Source: Amoebidium appalachense
Taxonomy: Eukaryota; Protista; Ichthyosporea
NCBI GenBank assembly: GCA_963693365.1
Contig: CAVNZM010000008.1
Coordinates: forward strand, 7,938,318 to 8,002,317
Direction of reading: 5' to 3'
DNA: 64,000 nucleotides
Shown here: positions 1 to 14,141 of the stretch, piece after piece
Layout of the letters: every line of letters begins with the position of its first letter
Numbering within the stretch: position 1 is the first letter of the stretch
The notes under the pieces: model-generated
What the model was told of the DNA's origin: nothing
The model's input: the letters and a program-made list of their open reading frames with translations, nothing else
Databases searched by the model: none
Made by a program: the position numbers and the translations under genes

Positions 1-504
1 TAGGAGAGTACAAATTCATAACGGTCAAGAAAATGCAAGTTTTGCAGGAGAGTACGTGTCGAAAGCAGAGTTCATCCTCAGCGGGTTGAAACACGTTTAA
101 AGTCTGGGAAGGAGAAAAGAAAAAATGGGGGGGGGGGGGGGCACGCCCCCAATTCTATCTACAGGAGAAAGAGATGATGATGTGGAGGAGATATAGCAAC
201 AGAGTAAGGGGGTGGAAAGGCTGTTTCAAAGAAAAGAACGGAACACGGGGGGAGGGGGGAGAGTGGTATTGGGAGAATTAAAGGATGGAGAGGGGGGGGG
301 GGGGGGGGGGGGGGATGTATCAAAGAAAAGACAAGAATGTAGGGGGGGGGGGGGGGGGGGGAAGCGATAATCGGGACGGAAGGGAGGTGAGGGAACTGGT
401 GTTAAAGAAAAAAATTCTGAGGATTGGGAGGGGAAAGGGGGAGTGGGTGGGTGGGGGGAGGGGGTTTTGGGGTGGGGTGGGGGGGGGGGGGGGGGGGGGG
501 GGGG

Positions 505-948
505 TTGAATGCGGAACACGGTACGAGTTACGCATACACGACGAGAAGCATAGTGCAGGACACATGCAAAGGGAAACATTCAAGTATGCAACATCAGCCA
601 TGCGCAAAGTATGCGTCATAAGCAGAGCCCATCCTCAGGGAGGACCCAAGTCATCAATTGCGTCTGAGTTTCGACCCCTTAGCCCGCGTATATACGACGC
701 TCCAACTCAGACAGCAGCATCAACTGAACTTGGGCGGGTCAACCCGTCTTGATCAAAGACGAGCAGGGTTGCTTATGCAAGCAAGGTGAGCAAAACGGTG
801 AAGATGTGTGTGCAAACTAATGCAGTGCAGCGAAAAATGCGTATGTGCTTACAGATGCACGACACAGAGCAACCATGCCCGGTTGCATGGAAGTAAAGCG
901 GTCTCCACACAGTGGTCTGTCCTGAAAGGACACCTCTGAAAGAAGACT
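505..948 (-). mobile_element. Poly-C-associated SINE/LINE-3'-end repeat, family A, long copy
   Basis: Near-identical to 5041, 7306, 8479 and the inverted copy at 36810-37191. The conserved end is (G)n-TTGAATGCGG on the plus strand. Confidence 0.8.
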
Positions 949-954
949 GGGGGG

Positions 955-1046
955 TTTTGAATGTGGAACACGGTACGAAGTACGCACACACGACGAGAAG
1001 CATGGTGCAGGACACATGCAAAGGCAAACATTCAAGTATGCAACAT
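955..1046 (-). mobile_element. Family A repeat, short truncated copy
   Basis: Same conserved end as copy 505; the other side runs into poly-G. Confidence 0.75.
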
Positions 1047-1196
1047 GGGGGGGGGGGGGGGGGGGGGGGGGGAGGGGGGGGGAGAGGGGGAGGGGAGGGA
1101 GGAGGCGGCAATAGGGAACAAAGAGGGGGAAGGTGTGTGTGTGTGTGTATGGGGGGGGGGGGGGGGGGGGAGGAAGAGGGGGGGGAGTTAAAATAC

Positions 1197-1416
1197 CGAC
1201 ACTGTAGCCTTGAACAGACGGGTGTTGTACATATCGGAGACTACAAGCCACTGGCCATCAGGTGACAGACCACTGCTCACTATGTTGCCCTTGGACTGTG
1301 CGTGTACGTGTACGTGTACGTGTACATGTGTGTGTGTGTGTGTAAATGTGTGTGTAGGTTTGTGTGTGTGTGTAGGTGTACGTGTGTACGTGTGTGAGAA
1401 GAACGTGTGTAGATAG

Positions 1417-1465
<49 letters not shown>

Positions 1466-2067
1466 GTATGTGTGTGTGTGCACGTGTGCGTGCGTGCGTG
1501 CGTGGGGTTACGTGTGTGCTAGTACGTTGTGTTTGTGTGTACTTGTGTGTGCGTATTTGTGTTTGCTTGTGTGGGGGCAGAGTTTCAAATATTGGGTTAG
1601 GAAGTAAAAGAGTGAAGGAGGTGGGAGCGCCCCCTGGGAGAGGGCGAAGGGAAAACACTCAAATGGTAGTTCGAAAGTATGTGTGTGTGCGCGTTCGTGT
1701 GTGTTCGTGCATGTGTATGTTACAAGAGCGTGTGTATGCATACATATTTCTGATAGGTGATATCTGCAAATATACATGCATCTACAACTAGACACACGCT
1801 CAAATGTATTTCCAAAAACCACCAGCAACACAAGCCATACAAAAAATGAAATAGGAACAGTAAAATAAAAATTAACCACCACTACAATTTATATATATTT
1901 AAAATTACCCAACAACAGGAAAATAAAAGATAAAATTTACTTGTATTTTTTATAGAATTGACCAATAATATACCTTCGGTTGGAATTCGAGCAATACTTT
2001 CGGGCCGGAGTTGAGGGGCAGAGCCTGGCCTTTCCCTGGGGCAGGGTTGATCCCTTCACTGCTGCTG

Positions 2068-2122
<55 letters not shown>

Positions 2123-2182
2123 CCTGTGTGTATGTATGTTTGTGTGTGTGTGTGCATGTGGGTGCGTGCATGCGTGTGTGTG

Positions 2183-2246
<64 letters not shown>

Positions 2247-3632
2247 TGCGTGCGTGTGTGTGTGTGTGAGTGTGTGTGCGTGTGCATTGGGGGGAAGAGG
2301 GAAGGGGTGGGGTGGGGGTGGGGGGGGATGTTAAGTGTTGAAAGCAACATACTACACATCTGCAGAGGGGGAAAAAAAGTCAAGCAAAAAAATGCCTGAA
2401 GTAGAATTCAAACATGCCTCTTACTGACTAAGCCACTGAGGCTATTACCCCCCCCCCCCCCCCCACACACACACCACAACCACCCGTCCGCCCACCAAAT
2501 GCCCATCCTCTTTTTTTCTCCCTCTCTCTCTCTATTTTTTTTGGGGGGGGGGAGAGGGGGGGGGGGGGTTTTGAGTTGTACCTGTGCCTAGTTTCCATAT
2601 CTGGAGCTTCCTCGGGTATTGGCAGAGGAGAAGCCGGGATGCCGGGGCCAATGATATGAAGGGATGGTGGGGGAAGGGCGGAATCTTGCGTGTGGACCCC
2701 TCAATGTGGTTGCGGTCGTAGGCTACTAGCTGCGTGTCCACACCTGAGAACACAGGGGGGGGGGGGGGGGGAGGGGGGGGGAAGGGGGAGGGCGGGGGAT
2801 GAGGGGGGGGGGGGGAAGGGGGGGGGGGGGGGGGGGGGGGGGGGAGGTAGATCGTGTTACAGAGTACGAAGTAATCATTTACAACGGACAAAACAAGGCA
2901 GATCTTGCAACGCACAAAAACAAAGAGTATGAATCCTCAGTGGCAGGTGGGGGGAAAGGGAGGGGGGGCATGCACTAGAGGAGAAACCCTTCTCACTTGG
3001 ATACAGGCACACAGCGACACACACACATGCACATGCACACACATACGAATCTTCTGTCCCCTCAGCCGCCCGTCTCCCCCCTTCCCCCCCCATCCCCCCT
3101 CCCCACACACCCACACACACACACACAACAACACATCCCCCCACACACACACAAACAAACAAACACACGAACACACACGTACACGTACACACACACACAC
3201 ACCTCCAGACACGAGCAATGTGCTTGGTGCCGGGACCAGTGCTATGGCTCTGACGTCATGGGTGTGCACTCGGGCCTTTGCCGTCTGAACCCACTTGCAC
3301 GCAGTGCCCCCCTGATTGGAAGAAAATGCATTCCTTAGCCATGTGATACGTGATCTACGACCATTCACACAAATAGCATGGTTTTGATACATTGTTTACC
3401 TTGCTTGCTCTAGCATCCCCATTAACAAAAGAAAACACTGATAATGAGATATGTGATGCGTGATCTTGAACCAATCACATCACAGCATGATTGTGTTAGC
3501 GCGGGAATGAAGGCAGGGTGGGGGGGAAGAGGGTGAACGGAGACACATACCGGCCTGCCTGTCCAACAACTTGCACACACCACAAGTATGCCACATGTGC
3601 TCAGACAAACACACGAGAGAGGGCGCACAGAG

Positions 3633-3676
<44 letters not shown>

Positions 3677-4344
3677 CAAGCTGGCAGGCAGGCAGGCAGG
3701 CAGGCACCAACACCCACACGTACACACCCAACCCAGCCACCAATCTAACCACCCCACACCCACCTACCCGCCCACACCCTTATCCACCCTCACACAAAAT
3801 ATGTGCGCGCACACACACTCGTACACACACACACACACACACACCCCCACCCACACCCACCCACCCACCCACCCACCCACCCACACACACACACAAGCAC
3901 ACCTCTGCCTCGGTCACTGTCACAAGGTTAAACTGCACCACCTTGCTGTCCACACCGGACGCATACACCCTCGACTCCTCCTGCAGAAGGGTAGACCAAT
4001 CGGAACGGTTAGTTAAGTTTTATAGTTTTAACATAAATTATATCATAACGAGTACACTTCTTGTGTGATAATTTAAGGGACACCATCTGATTGGCTATGG
4101 GCTATCTATTTGACTCGATAAAAAAAATAGGAAAAACGAACGGACCAGGCTAATAAAATATCACGTGCCTCTTTTCTCTCTATGCGTGTGCCTGGGTGCA
4201 TGCTCACACACGTGCGTGTCGATGTGTGGAGATGTGTGCGCACACACGCGTGTGAGTGTATGGTGTATGTGTTCGTATGTATGTGTGTGCATGTGTGTTC
4301 ATTAGTTGAAAGGGGAAGGAAAGGGGGGGAGCAAGCGGGGTAGG

Positions 4345-4376
<32 letters not shown>

Positions 4377-5168
4377 TCACACACCTCATTCACGACAAAC
4401 GCCAATACGTCTGCCTGGTGTGCTCTGTACGATTGCCTTAGGGTTCCGAATTTGCCGTCCCAGAACTGAAATTCGGAAACATCAAACATCAATTCAGTAA
4501 AAGGCAAAAGGTTTACAGACAATATGCTCCCACCTCCCCTCCTCTCCAAACAACTCCCCCCCCCCCCCCCCCCCCCCCCCCCCGGGAAAAAAAAAAAAAA
4601 AAAAAAAAAAAATTCGGAGGGCCCTTCAGACGTTTTTTTCACCACCACCAGCGATAAAATTGCTTACATTCAAATAGAACGGTTTATACTGCCCATCTCT
4701 TGTGTACTTTCTATCTCCTCTCCAGTCTTTCACCATCCCCCCCCCCCCCCTCCCCCCCCCCCCCCAATACCCACCACCACACAAACACACCCATAGACAT
4801 AGTAAAACAAAATAAACAAAAACAATAACAGTAAAAACCATGAATAGAACGCTGCAAGCACGCACGTGCCTACGCAGGAAAAACAAGAACGTGCATGAAC
4901 ACGGAAAAAAACAATCCACGTCATCATAGGAGAGCAAAGAGGAAGATGGGGGTTGGCGAGGGGGAGGGGGGGGGGGGGGGAGGGGGGTAAAACGGAAAAA
5001 GTAATATGGGGCGCGGGGGGAGGGGGGGGGGGGGGGGGTGTTTGAATGCGGAACACGGTACGAAGTACGCATACACGAAGGACACATGCAAAGGCAAACA
5101 TTCAAGTATGCAACATCAGCCATGCGCACAGTATGCGTCATAAGCAGAGCCCATCCTCAGGGAGGGCC

Positions 5169-5214
<46 letters not shown>

Positions 5215-6125
5215 CTAACCTGAGTCGCTCCCAACGAGTCACCGCTGATGATGGTAAAGTCCCTGTCAGGAGAAAAAGACCGTCAGATTGCTACCGGAAA
5301 AACGAAAACACGTCAAAGTGATTTTATAAAAAGGGGGAGCAAACCAGGAAAAACATGAAAGAAAAGAAGGAAAACAATAAAGCAGGCATGTGCGCGTGGG
5401 GAGGCAGCGAGGGGAGGGGGCGGGAAGGAGGGGGGTGAAGAGGTGGGAGGAGGGGGACGCAGGGCATGCGTTGGGGGAGGGGGGGGAGGGGGGGGGGAGG
5501 GGTTAGAATGTATTACTATAGTACGAAGGACACATCCACGACGGACCACACAATGCAGGCTCTTTACAAAAGAGCACACGAAACCAGTTATGCAATGTAG
5601 GTATACCCCATTCTCGAGAAGGCTCCAGGCCATCAACACACACCCGAGTTTGAACCCATTCACCTTGCGCCGGAGGGCAAGGGGAGGGAAGCGGGGGAGA
5701 GCCAAAAAAGAGGGTAGGTGGTGGAGAGAAAGGGGGGGGGGGGGGGGGGGGGGGAGGGGGTGGGGATCCCACCGACCTTAGAATGGCTACACACCACACC
5801 AGGGTGGACTCTTTGTGATAGTCCTCGACTGTTATGCGGAGGGTAGACCGACCTGCAGAAAAAATGGCATGAGAAAGAGAATTGGAGAGATGGGCTGGGA
5901 GGGCCGCGGGGGGGGGGGGGGGGGGGAGAGGGGGACCCGGGGGGTTTGCATGCGTCAAAAAGTACAAAGTACACAAGAACAAACGGATAACACGATGCAG
6001 AATGCAAGCCATACATAAAGAGTATGCATAATAAGCAGAGCCCATCCTCAGGGGGGGCCCACGTCATCCACAGTACCCGTGTTTCGACCTATTCACCTCG
6101 TTAACGAAACCCAACTCAGATACTG

Positions 6126-6166
<41 letters not shown>

Positions 6167-7242
6167 TGTAAGCGTTGCATCATTGGAATGGGAGGTGGGG
6201 GGGACGGGGGGACGGGGGGGTGGGGGGCGGTAGGGGTGGCTGAGTGGGTGGGTGGGTGGGGGGTGGGGGGAGGAGGGGGAGGAGTGTGTGTGTGTGGTGG
6301 GGGGGGGGGGGGGGGGGAGGGAACGGGGATGCAAACTCACACCCAGACACTCAGACACCCAGCCACACACATACACACACACACACGCACAAATACACAC
6401 ACACACACAGACACACACATCTCATCTATCCACACGACCACGCCGACGGAGACTCGGAGGAGCCTGCATATCTACGAGGTGCGTCTACAAGTAGACACAT
6501 ACACACACGGACAGACATGCACAGACACAGGCACATGCACCCCGGCACGTAGACACAGACACACAGATGTGTGTGCACACACGCATCCATGCATGGATGC
6601 ACGTACGGACACGCATGCAGGCAAGCACACAGGGACCGGCACGGACACGCCGCACACACACACGCAAATGCGCACGCACCCATACCCACCCACCCACCCA
6701 CCCACCCACACCTGTCTGTGCATTCCAGAGGTTGATTGTACTGATAGATGACCCAGAGACGAGCACCAAGTCGTCTGGGTGCCACGCCACTGACAAAATC
6801 CGACCTAAAATAACCATATAAGGTCAGTTAGTATTGGCTAATAATACCATATAAGGTTAGTAATGACCTAGAATAGCCATATATGGTTACATATATGGCT
6901 AACCATGACCTGGGCCGAACCCATACATGGATAACAAATGGTAACCGCATATGGTTAGTCATGGCCTAAAATAACCATATATGGACAGTTGATGGGAACC
7001 GCATATTGTTGGGACAGACATAATATAACCATACACGGGGTAGCACTAAGGTAACTATGACATAACCCCTTTCCCTGTAACTTGCTTCTTTCCCCTCGTC
7101 TGAACCTCTTGCCTCCCCTGAGAATGGTCCCCCTTCCCCCCCCTTCCCCCCTCCCCCCCCCCCCCCCCTCCCCCCGGTAGGACGAACTCGGTTCGATATA
7201 CTTCCTGGTTTTCTTTCTTTCTTTCTTTCTTTCTTTTCTTTT

Positions 7243-7277
<35 letters not shown>

Positions 7278-7563
7278 GGGGGGGGGGGGGGGGGGGGGGG
7301 GGGGGTTTGAATGCGGAACACGGTACGAAGTACGCATACACGAAGGACACATGCAAAGGCAAACATTCAAGTATGCAACATCAGCCATGCGCACAGTATG
7401 CGTCATAAGCAGAGCCCATCCTCAGGGAGGGCCCAAGTCATCAATTGCGTCTGAGTTTCGACCCCTTAGCCCGCGTATATACGACTCTCCAACTCAGACA
7501 GCAGCATCAACTGAACTTGGGAGGGTCAACCCGTCTTGATCAAAGACGAACAGGGTTGCTTAT

Positions 7564-7605
<42 letters not shown>

Positions 7606-8188
7606 AGAAAGGCGACAGGGGAGGAGGGGGAGAGAGAGGGGGGGGGGGGGGGGGGGAGGGGGTTTCAACTTTAACATACCCTCAATCTTATCCATAGTGC
7701 GAGAATAAGTGAAGTTGCCGTCCTCCACATCAAACAGCCTGATGCACCCATCCTCACAGCCCACGGCAAGACGTGTCCCCGCGTGATTGGCTGACAGGCA
7801 CCACACTGCACCCCCCTGCGAATCAAGCGTCTCCTGTGGTGGGTTGGAGGATTGTGATTGGTTCCGTGTCAGGTGACGCCGCCGTAGGGAAGATGGGGGG
7901 GGAGGGGTGGGGGGAAGGGGGGTTGAGAGAGGGGGAGAGGGGGAGAGAGTAGGTGAGCAGATGGGATGGAGGGGGAGGGAGGAAGGAGGGAGGGAGGGAG
8001 GGAGGGAAGGAGGAAGGGGGGAGGAAGGGAAAGCAGGGAGAGACGGCAGGGACCCGGGGGGGGGAGGGGGGGGAAGGGGGAGGAAGCGAGGGGGCCGAGG
8101 GGAGGGGGGACATTTATGACGATGGCACGAGGAAGAACGTATTCAACAGTCATTGCTTTATTCGAAGAAAGCCATCCACCCCCCCCTC

Positions 8189-8224
<36 letters not shown>

Positions 8225-8287
8225 CCCTCCCCACCTCCATTTCCCCTTTTCGCCTCTTCTAGGAGACCTTCACAGTGCACCTCCTTA

Positions 8288-8329
<42 letters not shown>

Positions 8330-9631
8330 ACCAGACACACACACACAGACACCACCCCCTTCCTCCCCTCTCCCCCTGGCTAATGTGGCTGTCGACTGCT
8401 AATGTGGCTGTCGAATTGTTCCCGGGTGCGAGAGGTGGCGTGAGGGATCTGAGGGGAGGGGGGGGGAGGGGGGGGAGGTTTGAATGCGGAACACGGTACG
8501 AAGTACGCATACACGAAGGACACATGCAAAGGCAAACATTCAAGTATGCAACATAGCCATGCGCACAGCATGCGTCATAAGCAGAGTCCATCCTCAGGGA
8601 GGGCCCAAGTCATCAATTGCGTCTGAGTTTCGACCCCTTAGCCTGCGTATATACGACTCTCCAACTCAGACAGCAGCATCAACTGAACTTGGGAGGGGGG
8701 GAAGAGAGAGGGAGAGGAGGCGGCAATAATAAATGCATTGCATGAATGCAGGATGGTGAAAGTGTTTTAGATAAACGTGAATCAAATAGGTGCAACACGC
8801 ATACATGTGTGTGCCTACATATTTGCGCGCGTGTGTGCATCATTTTTAGTGACTGTACGTCGTCATACATATGCGTGTGTGTGCGTGTGTGTTTATTTGG
8901 GTGCAGGCGTCTGCGTGAACGGTGCGCGTGTGCGTATTTGTGCCTGCCAACTTGCTTACATGTGTGTGTATTTACTTGCGGGGTGTCTGTATTTGCCACC
9001 AAAATCACCCCCTGCCCCTGCCCCCCCCCCCCAACCCCAGCCCCCCCCCCCCCCCTCCCCCCCCCCCCCCCAAAAAAAAAAAAAAAACGTGCACTCCAGC
9101 ACCTTTGGTTGGAGAGTGTGCAGATTCCATTCCGTGATCTGCCCGTGGAGCCCGGCCGAAAAAAGCCGATCTCCGATCCAGGCAAGTGCCTCTACGCTGG
9201 AATTCTCGCCACCGGCAATTCTCTGCACCATATATGGTTAATCAGATCAGGTGTTTTGTCCCATTCCATTAGGTGGTAATCGAATCAGAGATTCTTCCCC
9301 CCCCCCCCCCCCCCCCCACACACACACACCCACCCCACCCTCTCTCCCGTTTTATGGCCGTTTATCCTCTCCCCCCCCCTTCCAATCCCCCCTCCCCCAA
9401 AGCCCAAGTGTGTGTCAGTGTAAGTGACTATACGTCGTCGCACACGTGCTTGTGTGTGTGTTTGTGCACATCCGGACGTGTGGGTGTGTGCGCGCCCGTG
9501 CACATTCGTATGTGTGCGTGCCAACTTGCTTGCACATGTGTATGTTTGCTTACATGGAGTCTGTATTTGCCATCAAAATCCCCCCACCCCAACCCCAATC
9601 CCCCAACCCTTCCCCCCCCCCCCCCCCCCCA

Positions 9632-9693
<62 letters not shown>

Positions 9694-10621
9694 CCACCAC
9701 CACGACACCAATACCATCCTCTCCACTCACCCCCTCACAAACTTACTCCTGGTAGAACAAAGGAACCCCCCCTCCCCTCCACCCTCCCCGCGACCCCCCC
9801 CTCCCCCCCCCACACACACACAAACACACACCCCACAATTATTGGCAACATGGAGGGGGGCCGGGGGGGGGGGGGGGGGGGGGGGGGAAGGCCCGGGGAG
9901 GTTAAAACGCACCTGCTGCAAAATCCAGTTTTGTGCCACATTCCAAATCTCAATGTCCGCATTAGCCCTGCACACACACACAACGATTAATTCCTTCCCC
10001 CCCCCTTCACCCTCTCTCTCTCCCTCCCCCCTCCCTCCCCTTTCCCTCCCGCCACCCTTCCCCCCTCCCTCTCTTCCTGCCGAGTAACCATTAGAACTCT
10101 GATTCACCACCCAGGCATGACCCCAGCGTACAAGCATGCAGTGTGGAGAGGGGAGGCTGTACGATGGGAGAGATGGGTGGATTGAGGGGTAGAGAGGGGG
10201 GAAAGGGGTTTTTGGCGGGCTGGTTGGGGGGGGGGGGGGGGAGGGGGGGGCGGGGCGAAGGGGGGGGGGGGGGGGGGAAGGGGGGGGGGGGGAGGATAGA
10301 GGGAGAGGGATCACCATTGGAAGAATATGGGAAGAGCGAAAAGGGGCCGGGGGAGGCCGGGGGGGGGGGGGGGGGGGGGGGGGGATGGAGGGAGTCAACA
10401 AGATATATACACCAAAGGAGGTGAAAGTGATCGTTTAATGCCCCCCTCCTTCCCCTCCCCCCGGCCCCCCAAGGGGGAGGGGGGGGGGGGGGGGGGGGGG
10501 GAGGGAGGGCTCCTGAGAGAAGGAAGAAACAGAAAAAAAGGTTTCATGGGGGATGATCAATTGCTTATCGAGAAGCAGGGTGTAGATGTGGGTGGGTGGC
10601 AGGGTGGGTGTGTCTATGTGT

Positions 10622-10652
<31 letters not shown>

Positions 10653-10767
10653 GGGGGGGAGGGGGAAGAAGGAGTGAAGTGAAGCCAGACGAGTTGGGTG
10701 ATCGGGCATCCCTCGGGGGGAGGGGGGGGGGGGGGGGGAGGGGACACGTCCGTATGTGCGTGTGTGT

Positions 10768-10810
<43 letters not shown>

Positions 10811-11151
10811 CATGCGTGGGTGGTGTGCCTGTGTGTGTGCGTGCGTGTGCGCATGGGTGGTGTGCGTGTGCGTGTGCGTGTACGAATGGGTGTGATTGTA
10901 AGGCCGTACCCATATATATCAGTGTGATCAAGTAGGGTGAATACCAGGATGTGCATGCATCTCCTTTCTGGAAAAAAAAAATGTTTGGTCGATCAATGCA
11001 CATTCGCAGAAAAATGGCGTGTGTGCACGCAGTGCATTCCCCCCACCATCACCCACCTCGAGACTGCTAGTAGAGACCCATCGCCGCTAAACGACAGACA
11101 GTGGATAGCCTCGGGCGTATAGTCCACAAATCGGCACCGATGAACCTCCAT
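1197..11151 (-). CDS. UTP4: U3 snoRNA-associated protein 4 (cirhin)-like WD40 protein; spliced, 5' part only, gene continues past the window start
   Basis: GT-AG exons assembled with consistent phase: 11151-11057, 9967-9913, 9222-9103, 7833-7680, 6804-6712, 5852-5777, 5262-5220, 4465-4385, 3980-3903, 3311-3203, 2743-2582, 2359-2353, 2064-1974, 1295-1197, and possibly a further exon beginning at 103. The protein [22 protein letters not shown]...IEIWN...SSVEALAW...[16 protein letters not shown]...GGAVWCL...LAVGCEDG...RILSVAW...[13 protein letters not shown]...HQADVL...HTHDVRAI matches the Utp4 N-terminal pattern as I recall it. Confidence 0.9.
5041..5170 (-). mobile_element. Family A repeat, truncated copy
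   Basis: TTTGAATGCGGAACACGGTACGAAGTAC...CCCATCCTCAGGGAGGGCCC lies between poly-G runs. Confidence 0.8.
5945..6131 (-). mobile_element. Family B repeat (related subfamily), truncated copy
   Basis: Nearly identical to 41051-41237; G-run flanks. Confidence 0.75.
7306..7563 (-). mobile_element. Family A repeat copy
   Basis: Contains the complete structured segment, with poly-G on both sides. Confidence 0.8.
8479..8697 (-). mobile_element. Family A repeat, truncated copy
   Basis: Same sequence; breaks at the internal GGGAGGG into a G-rich flank. Confidence 0.8.
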
Positions 11152-11269
11152 GTTTACAAATCCACACCAGGTTGCACCTGTCATAGCCAATCTTCCATCA
11201 GATGACCCTTTAGTTTGACAAGCACGGGAGATTAGGGAGGGCAGAGAAGGGGGGGGAGGGGGAGGGGGG

Positions 11270-11370
11270 TTGAATGTGTCTTTAAGTACGAAGTAAACAT
11301 AAACAACGGATAACACGATGCAGAGCGCAACCCATAGATAAAGAGTATGGATAATAACCAGAGCCCATCC
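11270..11370 (-). mobile_element. Family B repeat, short copy
   Basis: TTGAATGTGTC...GTACGAAGTA...AACGGATAACACGATGCAG...GAGCCCATCC between G runs. Confidence 0.65.
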
Positions 11371-11864
11371 CCGGGGGGGCGGGGGGGGGGCAGGTTATCC
11401 ACAGGGGGTGAAGGTGGGGGGAGGAAGATGGGGAGGAGGGGGGGAGGGGGGGGGGGGTGGGGCGGGGGAGTTGTAGTGCATGTATGTGGGTGTGTTCGAG
11501 TGCCTGCAGATTATGCACGGTTACAAATGCTCACAAGAAATAGCAGAAAAAATATATTAGTTGGAAAAAATTCCCGCAAAAGAAAGAAAAACCAAAGAAG
11601 GTCGGCCAAATTCACTGTCCCACGGTGCAGTGGAGTGAGCGTTGTAGAGCTTGCGGTTGGAAGATGTGTGACGGGAGTGGAAGGGGGGAGAGAAGGGCCG
11701 AAGGGGGAGGGGGGGGGGGGGGGGGGGGGAGCTGGGGGAGGAAGAAGTGTCTTGTGTGTGTTTTTGTAAGTGGGTGTGTGCTTGCAAGTATGTGGGTTCA
11801 TATGTGCGGTGCGTGCATGCAAGTGTGTGTACGTGTGTGTCCGTGGGTGGTGAGGAGGGTGCGG

Positions 11865-11909
<45 letters not shown>

Positions 11910-12789
11910 CGGTATCGTGTGCGCATGTGCCTGTACTCGCGCGCGTATGTGCGTGTGAGTGTGTATGTGTGGGTGTTTGTGAAGCGAAGTGTGCATAATT
12001 ATGTGGGGGGGAAGAGGGGGGAGAGGGTGGGAGGGTTTGTCTGTGTGAATAGGGTGGGGGTGGGAAAGGCGTGCCTGTCGAAGAGGTCGACGTGCGGAGG
12101 AGTCGAGGGTTTGTGGGGGGGGGGGCGAGGGAAGGGGGGAGGAGGCTGCGGAGGGGAGCGGGAGAGGGGGGAGAAGGAGTCCAGCACGTTTGAGGGTGGT
12201 GGTGGGTGCAGTATACACGGGGGGCAAGGGGGGAGGGGGGGGGGGGGGGGAGGGAGCGGGGGGTTGAGGAGGGGGAGGGGGGGTAGGGCAGGAGAGGTGG
12301 GGAGGGGGGGAGGAGGGGGGGGGGGAGGGGGGGGGTACGAGTAAGCAATCCGAGGCTAATTTGACAGCCAAAGGTAAACATGACATTGCACGTACCTGGG
12401 GTAACTTGAAAAGACGTAAATCCAGTGACCACTCCTCTCGCCAGACAGTATTATATATAACGCTGCCCTATAATGCACAAAATGACGGCCCAAATAAGGG
12501 AGCAGGCTACCAGTTGCTATTTATTTCTCTTTGGGTGATGTTGCTAAACATGCACCTACCCAAAAGCTATCCTAAAAAGCGTGTTCTGGTTATTAAAAAA
12601 ATGACTATGTAACTGGCAACTTCTGTATATGCTTATACACACGCGCATCGGGCGGAAGTAGCGTCAAATCTCAGTCATGGAACAAACATCAGGCTGGGCT
12701 GTGAACTTCTACTCTTCTACTGTAATAAACAGCCGGAGTATCACACACGCACGTGCGCTCTGAGGGCGGGAGGCTGCCCAGTCTGCACA

Positions 12790-12826
12790 TGTACACGTGA
12801 CCAATGGAATCACTTGATGACGTCAT
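12790..12826. promoter_or_regulatory. Candidate promoter cluster (E-box, CCAAT, CRE) upstream of UTP4
   Basis: CACGTG, CCAAT and TGACGTCA occur within about 35 bp. A probable 5'UTR intron acceptor lies at 11178-11180 and a donor-like GTACGT near 12415. Confidence 0.3.
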
Positions 12827-12979
12827 ATTTAGCCCAAAAAGGCTATTACGCATGGTGCGCATTCCACCGGCAGCAAGGCCAATAGTCTCCGAGGCCTTGA
12901 CCCGTTGATCGACAGGCTCGAGTCACGGCCGTGGCAGGCTGGCAGTGAGTCAAATGGTCAAAAAAAAGAAAGAAAAAGC

Positions 12980-14141
12980 ATACAGCCAGCCTGGCTCTCC
13001 CTCTCCTCAGCCCGACAGCTATTTAGCTCAGTTACCCTTTCAGACAGAGCTCTAAGCAGGGAAACCCGGACCTATTTGGAGAACGGTGCCTGTGAAAGAC
13101 ACACGTCAGAGCTTGTAAGCCGTCGACGTCTATGCTTTACAATGCATTGAATCATATTTAAAGACACACCCCTCCATCCTTCTATTAGACTTACATTTAT
13201 TCGCACTTTTGTCTTCCCGGCATGTGAATATGGTTTACCCCTTCTCGCCGCTTGGATCAAGAAAGAGAGAACTAGAGCGCTTAAACCCTTGGCAAATTTC
13301 CTTGAAGCAGAAGTTGCCTCCTTTCTATCTAACAACTGTTGTAAACCTGGGCCTGTAACGCTCTCGATATATGGTCTGGTCCCAATAGCTGCTAGAGTAT
13401 CCTATCTCGCGCTGAAATTCAATAAGCACATAAGCCGCTTAAAGAAGTATTTGCCCTCCCACCCTCTCTTCTCTATCCGACCTGTCCCCTCCTCACCTCT
13501 CCCCTCTTTCCTCCCCTCTCTCTCCCCTTCTCCCCTGGGCACAAATACAAATAAACCCCGCAATAGTGTGTGTGTGACTTTGGACTGCCACTTACTTATT
13601 AAACATGTACACAATCACAAGATAATCACGCAATATAACAAATGGAAAAAGATACCAAACGACACTAGACCCGATGAAAGCATACACCTTGAAAAACTAA
13701 GCCTTATGTCTCGTTTTATATATACTGACCGCCTCAACCATATTGCCAAATATGGCACTCGCAAGTGTATAACACCTAAATACATATTACCTTCCTGTAG
13801 AACTGGTCTTTCTCTAGCTGATGGTATTATTGATCAATTACCACGCTTTTACTGTACACGTGCTATACAGTGGAGATCTAATAAGTATAAGGTGGCATCA
13901 TTTGCATGCCCAAACAACACACACACACACCAGTTTAACCGGTCATGTATCGCCAAATGTAGTTTGATAGACCACATAATACCGCAACACACACACGTCA
14001 CATTCACAACAGACACCCAGAAAGATAGCCTACCTGTAAATTACAACATCCTTGATTTTATACTAAACACGCGTAACTACGACCTGTCTATTAGATGTAT
14101 TGATTGGCTTGAGAAACACATCACTACAAAATTATAGCGCA

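Noticed and set aside
6805-7060. Degenerate ACCATATA(TGGT) repeats in a UTP4 intron
   Set aside because: It looks like an ordinary decayed minisatellite; there is no evidence of function.
7410-7465. Hammerhead ribozyme in the repeat (CTGAGGA and GAAAC on the minus strand)
   Set aside because: The bases after CTGAGGA cannot pair with those before GAAA to form stem II, so the canonical hammerhead topology is not met. An unknown fold remains possible.
8850-9600. Similar ~170-bp segments on both sides of UTP4 exon 3
   Set aside because: This is a local diverged duplication or low-copy repeat with no termini or coding signal.
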